Assembly: GCA_050084985.1 (NCBI GenBank)
Contig: JBITNC010000001.1
Coordinates: 142,662,001 to 142,726,000 of the forward strand
Length of the DNA stretch: 64,000 bases
Reading direction: 5' to 3'
Source of the DNA: Nageia nagi
Lineage: Eukaryota > Plantae > Pinophyta
Part shown: positions 26,450-39,600 of the stretch, piece after piece
Layout: each line of letters starts with the position of its first letter
Position numbering within the stretch: position 1 is the stretch's first letter
Program-made: the position numbers and the translations under genes
Notes under the pieces: model-generated
The model's input: the letters and a program-made list of their open reading frames with translations, nothing else
Told to the model about the DNA's origin: nothing
The model's database searches: none

Positions 26450-29400
26450 TTAATAATGTGATTAATAGGTCATTAGCATGATGATTTGTTTAGTTCCAAT
26501 AAACAACTAACCCAAAAGAATAGTTAGTTTAATCCTAATAAGTTATGTGATTGTTGTGTAAATTAGAATGATGAATGGTTTACTCCCAATCAACAAACTA
26601 ACCCAAAAGAATGGTTGCTTTAGTCCCAACCAAGTGATCATAAAAATAGTGATAGTTAATTAAGGTCCACCCAACAAGGATGGGATCATAAAGAAATAGC
26701 AAGAACTAGATCAAAGAAAAAAGTAATAAATAATATGAATGTATTAGGTATCCATGTAAAGACAAGAAAGGTGAAAGGAAACAATACCAAAACCTATCTA
26801 TTCTAGACTTTTTTATTATGTGAATGCTAGCATAGACATTGACCTTAGCATGATCATTAATATCAGAGTGGATGTTGAGCCCTATAAGGAATTTAGCCCT
26901 AATATTTTTTTAATACTGATATGACTTTGATATCAACTAAAAGAATTTTTTTGGCTTTTGAAATAGGTTCCATGTATCTTAAGGCATTAAGAGTACAAAT
27001 GATTCACCTTGTACCATTACACTAATTAACACAACTAATTAAATTTGATGTATTATTTTCAACTAAGTTGATTGACCTCTCTAAGACCCCTAATGTCTTT
27101 GATTTTTACCAATTATAGAAATACATTATAAATACTAGCATAGGTGCTAAGTTACATAATTAATATTATATAGGAAGCTACCACATGTGCTAGAGTAATA
27201 GAATAATAATTGATCTAGGAGACTAATGTTGGAATTTTGTAGTGATGAATAATTGAAGTAGGGCTCTTAAAATACAAGTTATATGTTCATCATAAGTATA
27301 GAAGGGTTTTAGGTGCTTAACATTGGTCAAAAACTTGTCTACTTTTCCCCCAACTATGACTAATATATATGCTCTATTAGAGTATTTTTATTGAATGATG
27401 TATGGATCTATATAATTTATTTCAAATTTACCTTTATCTTTATTTTTAACTTATGATTTCTGATGATTTTATTTGAGTACTAAGTCATAAAATTGGAATT
27501 CCTTTGGACAAGTTTTCTTTCCATATGATTTATTATCTCTTATTTAGTAATCTTTGAGATGTTATAAGGTATGGATTCTTTTCTCATCCAACCCTTATAA
27601 CTATATTAATATTACTTTTTGTTATTCTTCCTAATCAATGATTCCTTCCAATGAAACCCTTATTGATGGTATTTTTATTTCAAGTGGGAGTACTGCCTCA
27701 TCTCCATATACTAGTGAAAATGTTGTAAACCCTATTTATAACCTAATTATAATCATATATGCCCAAAGTGCATATAGGAGCTATGAATGCCAATCCCTCT
27801 GAGTTTGTTTAACAAATTTGCATAACATGTTGATAATAGTTTTATCAATTACTTCATCTTGTTCATTGCCTCATGGATAATATATGGATGCAAAATTTTA
27901 TGTTATCTTGAATGCTTTGCAAAAATATCTAACCTATTTTCTCCTAAAACCTTATTCCATTATTCATGATTGAATGAGATAAAATATTAATCCTTGCTAT
28001 GATGTTTTTAGTCAAGAATTTTATAATTTGAGTACCCTTAGATGAACTTAAAGGTACTAATTCTATTCATTTTGCAAAATAATTAGTAGCAACTAAGATT
28101 AATTTATATCATTCACTATATTTAAGATTAATAACCCTTACCAAATCAAAGGCCCAAATAGCAAAAGGCCAAGGATAGATCATTGTAGCTAGTTCACTTG
28201 AAAGATATTATTTCAAGTTGGCATATTTTTTATATTTTTTACTTTTCTTGATATGTAATATGTAATCTTTTTCCATATATGGACAATAATAACCTAGTCT
28301 TAAAAGCTTATGAAATATAGCCTTGCCATTAAAATTTCCTCCAATTATGTTATCATACACTTGTTCCATAGCTTTATTCACTTAAATATCATTTAAGCAT
28401 ATGAGTAAAGTACCATAAAATGATCTTTTATAAATAATGTCACCAATGATAGCATAAATTGTAGCCATTCACTTAAGTATTCATTTGCATAACTTTGTTT
28501 GACATGAATCTAGAACTTTTCCATGCTTTAAGTAATTATAAATATCAGCATATCACTTGTGTATTGTAAGGATGGTGCATATGAATGGTTATTTATTAAA
28601 TAATACTTGGAAATCATCATCATCTATATAGGATTTTTGTTTGAGATTGTTGATTTTTATAGTAGTTTCCTCATGTTCAACTGATATAGCTATCATGGAA
28701 GTGCCATTGGCCATACCATTCATAAATATATTATTATTTCTTGGAATGTTCTTGAATTGAATCTATACAAAGTATATTGAAATCATTATTGTGAATAGGT
28801 CCTTGTATGGCTATAATGTTTCATCCTTTTTATTGTATACTTCATTAATTTGATTGATAACAAATTATGAGTCACCATAAACCTATAATTTGTTGATACC
28901 AAGATTTATAGCAACCTTTAATCCTAAAATTGAAGCTTTATACTCATACATATTATTATTACACTCAAAATGTAACTTGTAAGCCATAGGAATCATACCA
29001 CCTTCAGGATGTACCAATACAATACCTACCCTAACTTGTTGTAGGTATTTGGAACCATCAAAGAAAAGTATCGATGTTTTACTTTCAACCTACTCAAGTA
29101 ATGTCTCAAGGTCATCCTTAAATTCATCTTTATTTGTAGCAATGCTATCATATGGTTCTTCAGCTAACAAATTATTTATAAGGTCATCCTTAAATTCAAA
29201 TTCTTGCAACTCCATTATCCATTTGGCTAGTCTTTGTTTTAACTATGGTTTGGATAATAAATAGCTCAATTGATCAACTTGAGTTACTATGAAGGTTGAT
29301 TTTATTATCATGTAATATATTAACTTTTTTTTGGTATAACTTTTGGTATAACATAACTTCTTAATTAGAGAGTATTTTATTACTAAATCTTGCAATATTT

Positions 29401-32400
29401 TGGAAAAATAATATACAAATCTTTCTTTGTTTTTATTGTTAACTTATACCAAAATAGTCCCTATAGCATGATTTATAGCTAAGATATATAAATATAGAGG
29501 TTTCATGTGGTAAATTAGTTTCAAAATAGGAGGATTAATTAAATACTTCTCTATATCATCAAATAAGTTTTGATACTCTTCTATCTAAACATACTTGTTT
29601 CCCTTCTTGAGCAAGTAAGAGAAAGGAGTTATATTATGAAAATTTAGACTAGTTTTAGTTTTCCTTGTAGAATTCTAATTTGTCTAATGTTATTTGGTGG
29701 ATGCATATCCATTATGGCTTTTACATTTTTGGTATCAATTTCTATAACTCTTTTACATACAATGTATCCTATAAATTTTCCACTGGATACTCTAGAAATA
29801 CACTGCTTAAGATTTAGCTTCATCTTGTATTACCTCATTATTTCAAATATGACTCTTAGATATTATAAATGATTCTATTTATTTCCATATTTATCAAGAA
29901 TATCATCAAAATAAACTCTAATAGATTTATGAATAAGGTCATGAAACATAGTTTCCATTACTCTTTGATATGTAGCTCCTGCATTTTTGAGGCCAAAGGG
30001 AATGACTACCCAGTAGAACGTGCCATAATATGTAGTGAAGGATTTTTTGTATTGATACTCTTTATTGATTTTGATATGATTATAACCTAAAAAATCATCC
30101 ATGAAAGATAATATTTCATGGCCTGCATTTAAATCCACAATGGTATCAATATGTGATAAAGGGAAATTTTCTTTTGAGAAAGCCTTGTTCAAATATCTAA
30201 AATTTATGTAATATATGATTTCCCCATTTGGTTTCATAATAGGAACAATATTAGACAACCAATGTAATTAATCAATAATTTCAATGAATATATCTTTATG
30301 ATACTTATCTATTTCCTTTTTGACTAAGAGAGAGTGATTGGTATGCATAGGTATTCTTTTATGCTATAATAGTTTAGCATATTCATGAAAAACCAAGTTA
30401 TGAGTAACAAAGGAAGGATCCAAATCAGTCATATCACTATATTACAAAGTAAACATGGCTTTAAATTCTTTGAAAAACTCTTTGTACTATTATTTATAAT
30501 CACAAACAATTATATTTTTAATCTAAATTATTTTTTCCATCTCTTTTGTACCAATGTTTATCTCAAAAGGAGGCTCATTAAACTAATGTATCTCATCACT
30601 AGGTTGAGAAAGATTACATAATACCCCCAATCATGTTATATAAGAAGAGAAACTATATCGTAAACACACACATGAAACTAACCTTCACTACCTAGCCTAC
30701 TCCTATATGAGGAAAGATAAAAGTAGGCTAGTGTAGCTAGGAAGAACCTAGTATATCCTCCATCTCTTCTCCAAAATGTACATCATCATGATATGATACC
30801 TTTTCCTATATATTTGTATGCTATGATTTAAACTCATATCATGCTTCTAGTATGTACAAAAGTGCAGCATCTATTTTACATATATCAATAAACCTAGAAA
30901 TTGTCTTAGCAACAAATGGGTAGGAGGATTTATCTTTTGTTTTATCTGTATGGAAATTAAGGGGAGAAAAAAATTTGAGATTAGTACAGATGAATACCTT
31001 GTTAATTATTATGACCTTTGTTTTAATATTTGGGACTAATTCAATCATATTCATAGAGTTTCCTTCTACTTCTAAGTTTGGTTCCTCATTTCTCTTCTAT
31101 GCAACCATATTCTTGTTATTCTTTTTTGATCTAATTATTCTCTTTACTTCATTGGATTCAAACATCTATATTGTTAACCCTTCATTCCCATGATCATATT
31201 TTACTATTCCTTTAACTTTGTATTTGTTGTATTCCATGTACTATGGGATCAATGGTGAATGATCCTACATATCCCTAGTCTTTTTGTTGACCTTTATGTA
31301 ATATGTAACCTTTGTTCTATCTTCATCCCTTCCTAATTCTGATTTTGAATTATCTATTTTGTACAAAAAATTTTATGTATCATCATACTCTAACTCATAT
31401 TGTACTTGACCATATCTAGAGCAAGTAGGATAGAACAAATGCTCATCTTCACTTGAGTACAGATTCTAATGCTAGCATGAGCATTGGTGTGAGCTTAAAT
31501 GTTGATATTTCTTCAATATTTTATATCATCCAAAAATTTTGATATATTTCTCGATAACTTTTTGATTGACTTTATGTACCAATGTTTATTTCTTTGTATA
31601 ATTGTATGTTATCACTCTTTTTGTATTCATAATCTCTATCATCATATTTGGATTTTTATTTATAGCTTCAACAACATATTTATATCCCTAATGATTACAA
31701 TTTAGTATTGTATACAAATTATATGGTATGTAACTCATAGTATATTTCTAAGATCTACAAAGAACAATATCAAAAGGAAGATTTTTATCGATCACGTATG
31801 CCATAACTTCCATTGTATTAGGTCCCAAATGAATAGGCAACATGATATGACACATACATGAACTTATATCATAATCATTTCTTGTAATCTTATAATTCCA
31901 TATTTGTAATCTTGACATTAGTTTATCTCCAAATTTTTTGGAAAAAATAAGAGAAAAAATATTCAAACTTGCACCACCATCTATTAAAACATTCTTTACT
32001 ATCTTACCCATTATCTTGAAATAAATATGTAGGGGTAAACACTTATCAACTTAACTAGGAAGTTCATATTTGGTGAATATTAAGGCCTTTTTAAAAAAAC
32101 CAATCATTTCTACCAATGTACTAGGTGAAATGTTAGTATTAATATCAACACCACTAAGTAATTCAAATAAAGCCAATATATGTTCTTCATAATTTTTAAA
32201 CAATTCAAGAAAACTAATCTTAGCATTAGTATTTTTCAAATTTTGTAAAATGTTATTTTAGTATTTATCTTTCTTATTTTCCTTAAGAGAAGGGTTATAA
32301 TGTACCTCTTTTTTGGCAAAAATGAGATTAAGAATACCTATCTTTGATCATGTTACTAGATTGCATGCCTTTTTTGGTTCTAATTTGAAATTGAAATCTA

Positions 32401-33476
32401 ATTCTAATTTTTTGCTAAATTTAACATCAAAATCAATTAGCGCTTCATTATCATCATAGAAAATCATATTCCCCATGTTAATGAGGGGTAGATCTTGATT
32501 ATTAACTTTGATCACTTCATTCTCATATGATATTGTTCCACTATTAACTATTTTAATATCTTTCTCATAACATACCAACCTATTGTATTATGTCCCTTGA
32601 CTTGAGAATACTTGTAAAACTAATTTTCCTTATAAAAAATTGGTTTTTCATCAATAGTATCATATTATTTTCCTTTAATTCTCTTGATTAGACTTTTTCC
32701 TAAATAATATTCAAACATTTGATTAGGATTTATAGGTAGTGGATATGTATCCTTAGCGATTTTCCTAACTCTCAATTTATCTTGAGCTTTAATTAAAATA
32801 GCATTTATATAAGTATCATATTTATTGTGATAAGATTTTCTACCATTTTCTTTGGTAGAAGAAAATAATATATACCTAATTTGATTGGATCGTAACATGA
32901 ATTCTTCCTTATCAATAAGTATATGAACTATATTCATGAATGAATCATTAACATGATCAATACCTTTTTCACTAATAATAGGATTAATGTTATCAAGGAA
33001 TACCTTTGTAATGAATTATTCATCCACCTTTTGTTCTATGAACATAAAATAAATACATATATAGGAGCAAATTTATCCAACCTTTCAGATTATTCTTCCT
33101 TGTAATGAATCAAATCTATCAAAGTAACTAGTTTCTTTATATTGCATCATAAATGAGCTTTGAATTGATCTTTTAAATGCTGATATGAAGTGATAGAACC
33201 TAAATCTAAGCTATGTAACCACTTTTTTACCTCATCAATTAGAATTATAAGAAAATAATTTACTTTCAAGTTATCATTGACTCCACATTTAAGTTCCATA
33301 ATGTACTCAAAAACTTGAAGATGTATAATTGGATCAGTCTCATCATTTAATTTTTTGAATTCAGGATCCTTATATATACCAACAAGCAAGATATTATGAG
33401 TCTCCATGCTCAAATGATTTCCACTATTCTCATTCTAATTTATACTAATTTTAAACTTATTCTTGATTCTATCACA

Positions 33477-34076
33477 ATTAAGATAAAGGAATCAAGCGTA
33501 AGATAAATACTTGTGTATCCCTATTTATGGTTACTTTGATTATACGAAGATAAAACTTATTGAAGAGAAGTGACCTTGATGTGTGAACCCCATAAATAAT
33601 AGTACTAGGAGGATCAACATGGATTCTTTTATCAACATGTGTTAGGTCATAGAACAACAGTGTGGACACTAAGGTTTTATCATATTAGGATTCTCTACCA
33701 AGAATCAATAACATCAGTGATATCGACAAGTTAATCCAAACATATAATTATAAATGATGGATGATAAATATAATAATGTGATAAAAATATTTTAGTCTCA
33801 ATAGGAAATGTTTATAAATATTCAAGAGTAGGCTACCAACTATCTAGATGTAATCTTGATTACTTTCCTAGGTTAGAGATATTTACATTAATATAGGCAT
33901 GAGATTCCCCCAATGACCCCTTGTAAGAAGGTTGAAGATAACATTAGTGTAATTAGCATAAAAATATGAATACACTTGAGATAAGTATGATAATAGAACC
34001 ATAATGTGATTAAATATTATTATAATATTACACCTAAGCAAGGTCACCTAAGGGGGTCCAAATTTTGGTGTCAACA
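33477..34076 (-). repeat. 5' LTR of the inner Tat element, missing its 3' ~200 bp, the PBS and the leader
   Basis: Homology to 25230-25851 stops at ~33477, only ~60 bp from gag-coding sequence. Confidence 0.85.
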
Positions 34077-34081
34077 AAATC

Positions 34082-35355
34082 ATGAAATATAACCTTTTTA
34101 GCAATGTGAATTTGATAGAAAGTATAAAAGATTGATTTAAGTTGATCAAAATTCTAAATACTAGCTTGAGGTAGCTTACAAAATAATTTAGGAGAATCAC
34201 CTGTTAATGACATGGGAAATAACTTTGCATGTAAATCATCATCCTAGGTGATCAATGATATCAAATTAAAGTAATTACATAAGTGCAAGCATGGATCACT
34301 AGTGCCATCTTATATTGTAATTTTTAGAGGCCTTTTTGTATTTAGTATCTTTTCTCTAATCCTTATACATTGGGGATTATTCTCTTCATCTCTTTAAGGT
34401 TCAAAACCATGCTTTATTTCCATATTGGATACTTTTTGTCTAGCCTACATACGATTTATTGAAAGTTATCAATATGTGCTATTTCTAATGCCTATTCTAA
34501 AGCATATATCTCAAAATTTTATGGAGTATAATGCCCTTTTTCATGTTATTTTTATCTAACTGAATGTTTTTTCTTATTCAAATATCAAAATATGGTTACA
34601 TGGTTGAATGAACTCAAAGGCTTTACTTTTTGTATTTCTATCATAGATGAGATTTTGCAACATAGTTAGTATAAGTCATTCTATGTCTTTATGTGATAAT
34701 ATGAGCATATATTCCTTATTACACTTCAATAATTTTGCACATTTGATATCTTCTTTTTATTGATTCCATTAGGGAGTGGGCTACATTTCTTGAGTGAGCA
34801 TTCTATTAATTTTCTTTCTTTGATGTTGTAATTCTTCTTGGGCTAAAATGGAACATTGAATAGGTTGATTAAATTATTAGATTGAAGTATTATTATTTTG
34901 ATCTTCTAATCATCCATTACTTTCTAAATCAATTCTTTGTAATATGCAATCTTTTGTGGTATGTTCATTTACATGAATTAAAATATATATTTTTACTGAA
35001 GAAATTGAGATTTAATTTTGTTATCCTCTTCAAATTGGTCAGTGTATGGCATATTAACTTCTTCTAAGATCTTATTAATTTTTTTTATATTTCTCAATAT
35101 CTTCCAAATCGCATTCATGTTTAATCAATATATCATCATCTTCATTATATTCTTCTATGTTACCAACCTAAATGAACTATGGAGGTGTTCCTATATATTA
35201 TTATTAATATTATCATCACCTATGTAAGCTTATTAATTAAGTAGATCCTATAATGTTGTAGTAAGGATAGCATTTATACTATTATTGTCATTTGCTACCA
35301 TATTCTCCTAATGTTTTTCATATTTTGCACCTAATTTGGGAACTATAGGAGGCAT
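34082..35355 (-). mobile_element. 5' part of the host gag
   Basis: DDDLHAKLFPMSLTGDSPKLFCKLPQASI*NFDQLKSIF. Candidate ATG (MPPIVPKLG) at 35355. Confidence 0.7.
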
Positions 35356-35542
35356 TTTTGATATATTGATTATTTTAGGCTCAACTTATGCATTAAGGAT
35401 AGTGTTTACATTTTATGACAATCCATGTTAGGACTACTAATCCTAAATGATATGATAATTTGTGTAACTATAGATCTATTTGTAAAGAATACTAACTATA
35501 GCTTGACTAGTGTGAGGGCCATGTTATGATATTCTTGATCTC

Positions 35543-36677
35543 CGATGAGTTGAGAAATGAGACCCTTTTATTTATAATTCTATGAATGTATTTTGTTACT
35601 TGGAACACTATGGGACACTATTATTATGTTTTAGCTTATATTAGTATTAGATTTAAAACTAAATACATGTTTACTTTTATCTCCATTAATTAAATGTTAA
35701 TGATTATTATTATATTTGAATGTTGAAAGTTCATATTTTGTATCAAGTAGTAATAACATGGCTTAAGTAAGAAACAACTTCAGAATTAGTTATGGAAGGA
35801 AAAACTTCAAATATAGCTTTAGAATGTTCAAGCTCTATAATTAACTAAAGAAGAACAACTTTAGAATATGTTTAAAAAGGGATAGCTTCAATTCATCTCT
35901 CCAATAGAAAGCTTCAAAAAAAGAACATGGTGGCATAAAGTGTTCTCTTTCCCAGGTCTCACTTTCTATAAATATTCCACAACTCTATCAAAATATTGTA
36001 ATGAATTTTAGGATTATGTTCTTGAAGGATAACCAATGAACCTAAAGAAGTGGAAAATAGGGAACACATAAGACAAGTTCAAGATAGATTTGAGGTTAAC
36101 TAAGTTTCAATATTTTTTAGCAAGTTGGATACTTACTTAATCTTGTTTTTGTATATATCTAAGCAAGTTATAGGCTAAATTAGGATTTTATTTTACATAA
36201 ACTTGTGATTCACAAGAATGTAATTGATTAACATTTAAGAGTTTGTAAGAGTTTTTAGAATAAATTAGCCTTCTTCCTTTAGAAGTAGGGTAGTTACCAT
36301 TATGAATTAAAAACTCTAAAATTTATTTGGAGATTGTATTTTTCCAATTTCTAAAGAATTTAATACAAGCATCTTTCATCCTATAGTTTAGAATTTCTAT
36401 TCATGGGCTCTATTAGAATGAGGACAGACAACTTTGACCAACTATATTCTCTAATATTGATTATTGAGATTCAATATTTTACATTCTCTACTACAATATT
36501 TATTTAAATTTGATTGTGTATATGCAATTTCCTAAGAAGATTTGAGTTTATTTTTAGTATATAAAGTTACTATTTTTTCATTAGATCCATAATATTTAGA
36601 ACAAGGTATCACCTACATATAGCCGTAGAACACCAACCCAAGATTTGATAAACTAAGTGATGAATTGACACACATCA
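35543..36677 (+). repeat. Athila-like 5' LTR
   Basis: ~1.1 kb direct repeat of 46261-47385; termini (C)GATG..CATCA. Confidence 0.9.
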
Positions 36678-36681
36678 TTTT

Positions 36682-36699
36682 TGACACTATTACCAAGGA
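36682..36699 (+). other. Decayed primer-binding site (tRNA-Asp type)
   Basis: TGACACTATTACCAAGGA differs from the Athila consensus TGGCGCCGTTGCCGGGGA only by G>A/C>T transitions and directly follows the LTR. Confidence 0.75.
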
Positions 36700-39600
36700 C
36701 ATAGTTTCTTTATTATGTATAGTGAAAAGAAACTAATTCTTATAGAAGTGGAGTACCATCTCATTTGAGCTAATTGGTCCCTAACTGTTAGAAAAAAAAA
36801 GGCTCATTATACATTGGAAAAAAATAGTGTTGGTTGAAAGTATTTTTAGGAAATTTCATGATAGTATTATTGTTAATGTCATCCAAGAAATTATGTATAG
36901 CCATGTTTTCTCAATTTTAAATTCATAAAGATTTAATGAAAGTGATCCTATTTGAGTATTATGATTTTTGTTGAAATAATATTACATGGATAAGTTGATA
37001 TATTAATTAATCTCTAGTTTCTAATAGTCTCAATGATCTAGAACAATTAACTATCCTATGTTTTTAGAAGAATTATTTTAAAAAGTGTGTTATTGTTTGA
37101 GTTTTGTATTTACTTAGAATGGATGAATAGGCTTAAAAATAAAAGGGGGAGATTTATCTATAGAGGTAAAGATAATAAAAGTGGAGGTAGAGGTAGAACA
37201 AAATAAAAAACCCCCAATAAAAGTACCCCCAAGCCAGGATCGAGTTCAAACTCTCATCAAGCCACTATTGAAAAACAAATTATTGTTTAACAAGTTATAG
37301 AAGCATTTGATGCTACAAACTTGGAAGAATCATTTGATGAGAACATTTTGACTTCATAATTTTTTGAATAAGTTGGGAAAGATATCAAGAGTAGTAGGGG
37401 TTCTAGTACTCTAGAAGAATAATTTTTGGAAATAATTCCTACATAATTAACTTTCAAAAAGGTGGTAAGATTTTCATAAATCACTTCACCTTTACCTAGG
37501 CATTTCTTTTCAAGTGATATTGATTCTAGATCAAAGAGAGAAGAAGCCAAATGGTCATTCCATATTTTTAATTTTGAAGACCCTTTCCTTCAAATCTAAA
37601 AAATACCTTCATAAACCCTTTGGCATTAATGTTAGTAGGTAGTGTAGTTGGAAGTGGAGTTCTAGGTGGTATTACACTAGCTAGTAGAACTTTAACTTAT
37701 ACAATTGTAATTGACCAAAATACTCTAGAACATGATCAACTAATGAAAAATATTTCACTATATATTTTTCCTAACTTTAGGGGACTTTCTAATATAGACT
37801 CAAATCAATTCCTATTCCAATTCAAGGTACTTTATAGAAATTATGATTATGAAACTGATGCATAGAAATTGAAGCTTTTTCCATCAACTCTAAAGGATAA
37901 TGAAATGAGATGGTTCATGGGATTAGTTGCTAATTCCATCACTAATTGGATAGATATGGAAAAAGTGTTTCTAGATAAATATCAAGAGCATGCAAAGTGA
38001 AGAATCGAAAAGATGAATTGTTCAGAATTCAATAGGGTGAAGAAGAAAGTTTAAAAGATTATTTGAATAGATTTTTGTTTGTCCATAAAAGGGTTGGTAC
38101 TTTTCTTGACCAAGAATTTTTGAAAAAATATATTTTTGAGGTGTTTGATAGACTCTTTATTAGATGTATTAAATTTAATGGGAAAAGGAAATATAAGTAC
38201 TTTACCTTTGGATGGAATAGTAGAATTATGTAGAAACTATTCTAGGAAAATGACTTCTACTCTAAAAATTAAACCTCAAAAACTTTCTGATAATATTTTC
38301 AATGAATTAATTAATGAACTAGTAAATTTCAAGACAAATATTATTGTTGAGTTAAACCTATTAAAATGAGGAACAAATAAGTCAAACAAAGAAAACAAAT
38401 ATAAAGAATCTTTAGCAGTATATTGCCCAAGATATAGAAAGAAACATGCATTGCATGAGTGTCCTCTTAATAAGATTGAAATATGTAGCTTATATAATGA
38501 GAGTCATGCAACTGATGAATGTAATTGTTTAACTAATATAACTCAAATTTCTATAGTAAATATGATAACAATGACAAATGTTATTGGTTCAAATATGAAT
38601 GTTGGATTTCATAATAGACTTGTTATGCAACCATGATGGAATAACATGAAATAATCTAACTGGAATAACTAATAGTCTAATCATCCTAATTAGCAAACAA
38701 GATTTAATTAGAATGCCCAATAGAAAGCTCTATTACTAGGACCAGTCTAATAATCATAATTTAAAAATCAATAATAATACCAAAATCAATAATAAGTATG
38801 TAGAAAACCATCTCTTCCTACTTCGTTGGTCTTGAATCCAAATAATAATAGAAAACTATCACACTTGCTTATCAAATAGATCAATAAGATATAACATTAA
38901 GTAATGTTATTCAGTGCCATGACATTCAATTAAGATATGGTAAGAAGATGAAAGAATCAAATCCACCTATCATTGTTGAAATTTGTAATAATGATTCTAA
39001 AGAATCATTATTAGTTGATCATAAAATAAGGAAGAGAGTGGTAAAAATAATGAAGAAAATCAAGTGGAAAAAAAAAGTTAGAAACCTACATATATTGAGA
39101 GATTAAAAGAGAAGTTTCAAAATGATGAATTAGATTTACTTATAGAATTGAGAAGGCTGAATATTTTAGTCCCAATATTATGAGAAATCAAGGAAATTCC
39201 TAAATTAAGAAAGATGGTTAAGGAACTCTATATTAGAAAAGGAGGAAGGAGAAAGAAGATATATCCCAAGACTATTCAAGTAGATGGCAAATTAGCAGAC
39301 CTACTTATAGGAAAGCTAATTAACCTTAAGCATGGTGATACATGAAGTCTAGTAATCATAGTTTTTGTTGAAGTCACCATGATTCAAAATATTTTAATTT
39401 ACTTAGGGGCATCCATAAATGTAATGACAAAAGATATAGTAGATAAATTAAAATTATTTGATATGCATCCAAAATTGATTGTCTTACAAATGGAATATCA
39501 ATCAATAGCCAAAACTAAAGGTATCATTAAGGATGTACAAGTCACTATGGATTTATGGAATTATCCAATAGAATTTTTAGTCTTAAAAATAAAGGCACAT

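Larger units (their letters stand above)
25023..34076 (-). mobile_element. Complete-type degenerate Tat Ty3/Gypsy element (gag-PR-RT-RH-aRH-INT) inserted in the host gag
   Basis: TGTTG..CAACA termini and TSD aaatt (25018-25022) / aaatc (34077-34081). Domains: gag 33413-32600; protease VLIDGGASLNI ~31990; RT PFGLKNAGATYQR..VYFDDIL ~30260-29700; aRH FFDGSK..VYGDS ~29080-28680; INT GYYCP..WPFAIWAFDLV ~28400-27550. PPT at 25852-25866. Confidence 0.93.

Noticed and set aside
20185-34076. Three-LTR tandem retrotransposon
   Set aside because: A TSD around 25023-34076 and the continuous host gag frame show a nested insertion of a related element.
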